Below the pieces are notes generated by a model. That model saw only the letters and a list, made by a program, of their open reading frames with translations, did not search any database and was not told where the DNA came from. DNA of 64,000 nucleotides from NCBI GenBank assembly GCA_949299615.1, contig CASGBM010000001.1, forward strand, positions 8,280 to 72,279, in the 5' to 3' direction. Origin of the DNA: an uncultured Eubacteriales bacterium (GTDB lineage Bacteria; Bacillota; Clostridia; UBA1381; UBA9506). The position numbers and the translations under genes were made by a program. This document shows, piece by piece, positions 61,036 through 64,000 of this stretch (positions within the stretch are counted from its first letter, which is position 1; every line of letters begins with the position of its first letter).

Positions 61036-61788
61036 ATGCAGACAGAAGGGAAAAATACCATCGAGGGCCGCAATCCTGTGTGGGAAGCGCTTCGAGCTGG
61101 AGCGGCGCTGGATAAAATACTGGTGAGTGAAACAGCGCGGCGCGAATCGATTGGAAAAATCATTGCGGAAGCAAAAAAACAGGGGATCCCGGTACAGACA
61201 GTGCATCCGCAAAAACTGGAAGAACTTGCGGAAACACAAGCGTGCCAAGGAGTGATTGCCTTGTGTGCGGAGGTAAAATATGCTTCGCTCGAAGATTTGT
61301 TTGCCCACGCGGGAAAAAAGGGACAGCCGCCGTTTTTTATCCTTGCGGATGAAATTACGGACCCGCATAATCTGGGAGCAATTATCCGTACGGCAAATGC
61401 CGCCGGAGCGGATGGTGTGATCATTGCTAAAAACCGTTCTGCAGGAGTGAATGCTATCGTGGCAAAAACGTCTGCGGGAGCGGTGCACTACACACCGATT
61501 GCCCGCGTGACGAATTTGGGGCAGACGATCGATCGGCTGAAAGAGAGAGGTGTTTGGGTGACTGGCGCGGATATGAGCGGCGAGACCAGCTTGTTTCAAA
61601 GCGATTTGAAAGGGCCTATTACCCTGGTTGTAGGATCGGAAGGCAAAGGAATCAGCCGACTGATACGTGAAAAATGCGATTTTTTGGTGCAGATTCCAAT
61701 GTTTGGGGAAATTAATTCACTAAATGCATCGGTTGCGGCTGCTGTTTTTATGTATGAAATTGTCCGGCAAAGAACCGGTCAAAAATAG
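61036..61788 (+). CDS. rlmB: TrmH/SpoU-family 23S rRNA 2'-O-methyltransferase (RlmB-like)
   Basis: EGRNPVWEAL, DEITDPHNLGAIIRTANAAGADGVI, VVGSEGKGIS, INSLNASVAAAV. Confidence 0.75.
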   Translation: MQTEGKNTIEGRNPVWEALRAGAALDKILVSETARRESIGKIIAEAKKQGIPVQTVHPQKLEELAETQACQGVIALCAEVKYASLEDLFAHAGKKGQPPFFILADEITDPHNLGAIIRTANAAGADGVIIAKNRSAGVNAIVAKTSAGAVHYTPIARVTNLGQTIDRLKERGVWVTGADMSGETSLFQSDLKGPITLVVGSEGKGISRLIREKCDFLVQIPMFGEINSLNASVAAAVFMYEIVRQRTGQK

Positions 61789-61821
61789 AATGCAGGAAGA
61801 GAAAGAAAGGATTGTGTAAAT

Positions 61822-62775
61822 ATGTATCTTGGTGTGGATTTAGGTGGAATCAATATTGCGGTTGGCTTGGTAGATGATAATTATCAGATTATTCAGAAGG
61901 AATCTGTTCCAACAGGCAGACTCCGTTCATTTGAAGAAATTATGAAAGACATGGCAGATTTGTGCCGAAAAGTAACCGAGGATGCGGGCTATTCCATGTC
62001 AGACGTAAAAAGCATCGGAATCGGCAGCCCGGGGACTCCGGATGTTGTGAACAAGCGGATTGTTTACACCAATAACATTGTGAATTTTGTGGATGTATAC
62101 CTGGAAAAAGAGCTGCAGAAATATTTTCCGAACATGACCGTTTATGTGGAAAACGATGCCAATGCAGCAGCATATGGAGAAATTATCGCAGGCGCGGCAA
62201 AAGAATTTTCAACAGCGGTCGTTGTGACGCTCGGCACAGGCGTTGGGGGCGGCGTGATTATTGATAATAAGATTTATGCCGGATTCAATCATGCCGGAAG
62301 CGAAGTGGGGCATATGGTGATTGTAAAGGACGGCGTGGGATGTACTTGCGGGCGTCGGGGCTGTTTTGAAGTCTATGCTTCGGCAACGGCTTTGATCCGC
62401 GAAACAGCGGAAATAATCGAGCAGTACCCGGACAGTATTATTCATGAAATGATTGAGCATGATCCGGAAAAAATAAGCGGAAAATCGGCATTTATTGCGG
62501 CGAGACAGGGGGATGCAGCCGGTCAGAAAATTGTGGATCAATATGTGGAATATCTTGGCACAGGGATTGCCAACTTGATTAACATTTTCCAGCCGGAGGC
62601 TGTGGTTATCGGCGGCGGAATCAGCAAAGAAGGGGAAAATCTCTTGGTTCCGCTTCGGGAGTATACGAAAAAGAACTGCTACACCCGGGGCGTGGAGCAG
62701 TCACAGATTATAAAAGCTAAGCTGGGCAATGACGCCGGCATTATCGGTGCGGCTATGCTCTGGCAGCAACAGTAA
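61822..62775 (+). CDS. glcK: ROK-family glucokinase
   Basis: LGVDLGGINIAVG, ENDANAAAYGE, GHMVIVKDGVGCTCGRRGCFEVYAS. Confidence 0.8.
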   Translation: MYLGVDLGGINIAVGLVDDNYQIIQKESVPTGRLRSFEEIMKDMADLCRKVTEDAGYSMSDVKSIGIGSPGTPDVVNKRIVYTNNIVNFVDVYLEKELQKYFPNMTVYVENDANAAAYGEIIAGAAKEFSTAVVVTLGTGVGGGVIIDNKIYAGFNHAGSEVGHMVIVKDGVGCTCGRRGCFEVYASATALIRETAEIIEQYPDSIIHEMIEHDPEKISGKSAFIAARQGDAAGQKIVDQYVEYLGTGIANLINIFQPEAVVIGGGISKEGENLLVPLREYTKKNCYTRGVEQSQIIKAKLGNDAGIIGAAMLWQQQ

Positions 62776-62804
62776 TTCTTCATCTTTGACGCTGAACATA
62801 AAAT

Positions 62805-62838
62805 AAACCCGTCTGGGCATCCAGGCGGGTTTATTTTA
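62805..62838 (+). terminator. Rho-independent terminator
   Basis: AAACCCGTCTGG-GCAT-CCAGGCGGGTTT, then ATTTTAT. Confidence 0.8.
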
Positions 62839-63170
62839 TGGGTTAAATTTACAAATAAATTACAAATGTTCGGGGTATTATTACACAGCAGTTAAGATTG
62901 TAATAAATATAGCCTATTTACTTGATTTCATATTCATGGAAATTTATAATAACAGTATAGAAATAGCATACAAGAATATACGGTCTGATGATTGATGAAT
63001 GAGGAGAAAATAAGAATGAAACCAATTGTCCCGTCATACATAATATAAAATACATGTGCAATAACAAGCAATTTCCAAAGACTTTTAATCTGCGTCGGCA
63101 GAACGTAATCACGTAGGAAATTGCTTTTCGCTCTGCGCGCGTTGTTGCGGTAAGGAGGAGAAAAGTTATT

Positions 63171-63839
63171 ATGGGTTTGCTGGAATCGTATTCCTGGAAC
63201 GATTTTTCAAATCTTGTGATTCAAAAATCCAAGCAATACCATCATGTTGCCGCGCGGCGCAAAAGGATACAGATAGACACGCAGGAAGCTTATCAAATGC
63301 TCTTGAATCAACCGGAACTGCAGATGGCATTGGGAGAATCGTGCAAAAAAAACAGCCTGATACAAAATGTTTACTACTTGCCGTCATCACCGCAGATTGA
63401 GGATGAGAATATGGCATTGTTATTCTTTCTTTACGAACGGGTTGCCTATCTAAAAAATGATGCAGATGTCATTTGTGGGTTTGGCCTGCAAGGGATTTGC
63501 AAAGAAGGCATTTGCATGCTGGAGACATTAAAGGAGCGTGGAGCATATAACCCTTATGTGAGCCTGTTTTTCCGGAACAAAGAAATTCCGCAAGACAACC
63601 GAAACGTCAATCTGTACCGGATGAAAGGGAGCGGCAAAGAACAAAGAGCGGAACCGTTTTTATCTTATTTGCAAAACGCTGCTGCGCTGGCAGGAGTCTA
63701 TACAATTCCTTTATCCGGTTACGCGCCGGAAGAATTTTTCGAAAATTCACAGCTGCTAGAACTCCTAACATGCGTTAAGGAAACATATGTGATGTTTTGC
63801 CAGAATAGCTCTGTCAGCGCGTATCTGCTGCAAACCTAA
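63171..63839 (+). CDS. Hypothetical protein
   Basis: RBS TAAGGAGGAG; 222 aa; no motif recognised. Confidence 0.55.
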   Translation: MGLLESYSWNDFSNLVIQKSKQYHHVAARRKRIQIDTQEAYQMLLNQPELQMALGESCKKNSLIQNVYYLPSSPQIEDENMALLFFLYERVAYLKNDADVICGFGLQGICKEGICMLETLKERGAYNPYVSLFFRNKEIPQDNRNVNLYRMKGSGKEQRAEPFLSYLQNAAALAGVYTIPLSGYAPEEFFENSQLLELLTCVKETYVMFCQNSSVSAYLLQT

Positions 63840-63885
63840 AGAGCAGTTACAGGCATAAACACCACACAAATATTATACTGTTATG

Positions 63886-63925
63886 TACCGGATGCCGGCA
63901 TTGCCGGTATCCGGTATAATTTTTT
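63886..63925 (+). terminator. Rho-independent terminator
   Basis: Long hairpin TACCGGATGCCGGCA / TGCCGGTATCCGGTA, then TAATTTTTT. Confidence 0.7.
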
Positions 63926-64000
63926 ACGTCTGGATGCTTCCCCCTGCGGTTCGTTTTTGGAGGCTTGGGTTGCTGCTAAAAAGCTGCGTGCGGATTCTGC

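Noticed and set aside
62918-63112. 64-aa minus-strand ORF
   Set aside because: It has no RBS, lies in an A+T-rich intergenic region, and its hydrophobic translation is probably a composition artefact.
63016-63126. 10-codon mini-ORF (MKPIVPSYII) with RBS, plus an 11-bp inverted repeat (AAGCAATTTCC / GGAAATTGCTT), upstream of 63171..63839 as a leader-peptide attenuator
   Set aside because: The hairpin has a 39-nt loop and only a short T-run. There is no regulatory-codon bias in the peptide and no comparative evidence.

Overview
Nt 1 to about 49400 is the right-hand ~49 kb of a siphovirus-type prophage. All but one of its genes are on the + strand. The left end, integrase and repressor lie outside the window. 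Nt ~49400-64000 is host chromosome of a Gram-positive, Clostridia-like bacterium: ddl, murI, DUF1934-argS, an S41 peptidase / M23 peptidase / S41 peptidase cluster, a 1073-aa double GT-C membrane glycosyltransferase, an rlmB-like methyltransferase, a ROK glucokinase and one hypothetical gene. Phage layout: (1) 1-6066, early small membrane and hypothetical genes, including a 3-member paralog family. (2) 6074-14992, replication module: a 1405-aa single polypeptide combining SF3-type helicase, AEP primase and family-B polymerase; a Bro-N::SSB-like fusion; an N6-MTase-like protein with no catalytic motif; an SF2 helicase; a ThyX-like protein. (3) 14993-18290, an A+T-rich moron island with its own promoter and terminators, a duplicated terminator module, the only minus-strand gene, an 8-copy GCCCACTTTT iteron-like array, a structured leader RNA and a secreted Cu-amine-oxidase-N-like protein. 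(4) 18291-21789, VRR-NUC and PD-(D/E)XK nucleases plus an 891-aa protein carrying a beta-prime/RdRP/YonO-type SGADFDGD catalytic-barrel signature and three HTH-like segments. (5) 22546-46731, packaging and morphogenesis: terS, HNH, terL, portal, protease::capsid fusion, tail tube, 2535-aa tape measure, Dit, Tal and a fibre with two duplicated modules. (6) 46744-49343, lysis cassette: amidase, C1 peptidase-SLH, XhlA-like protein, holin. Most noteworthy: (i) the putative HTH-fused single-subunit two-barrel RNA polymerase at the early/late junction; (ii) two canonical A_AAC_CCT -1 frameshift sites, each abutting the stop codon and followed by a hairpin, that append homologous decoration domains to both the capsid and the tail-tube protein; (iii) the iteron-like array and riboswitch-like leader in the moron island; (iv) the all-in-one replicase. 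No tRNA, rRNA, CRISPR array, transposase or integrase was recognised. All functional calls come from motif recognition by eye; no database search or computation was possible.
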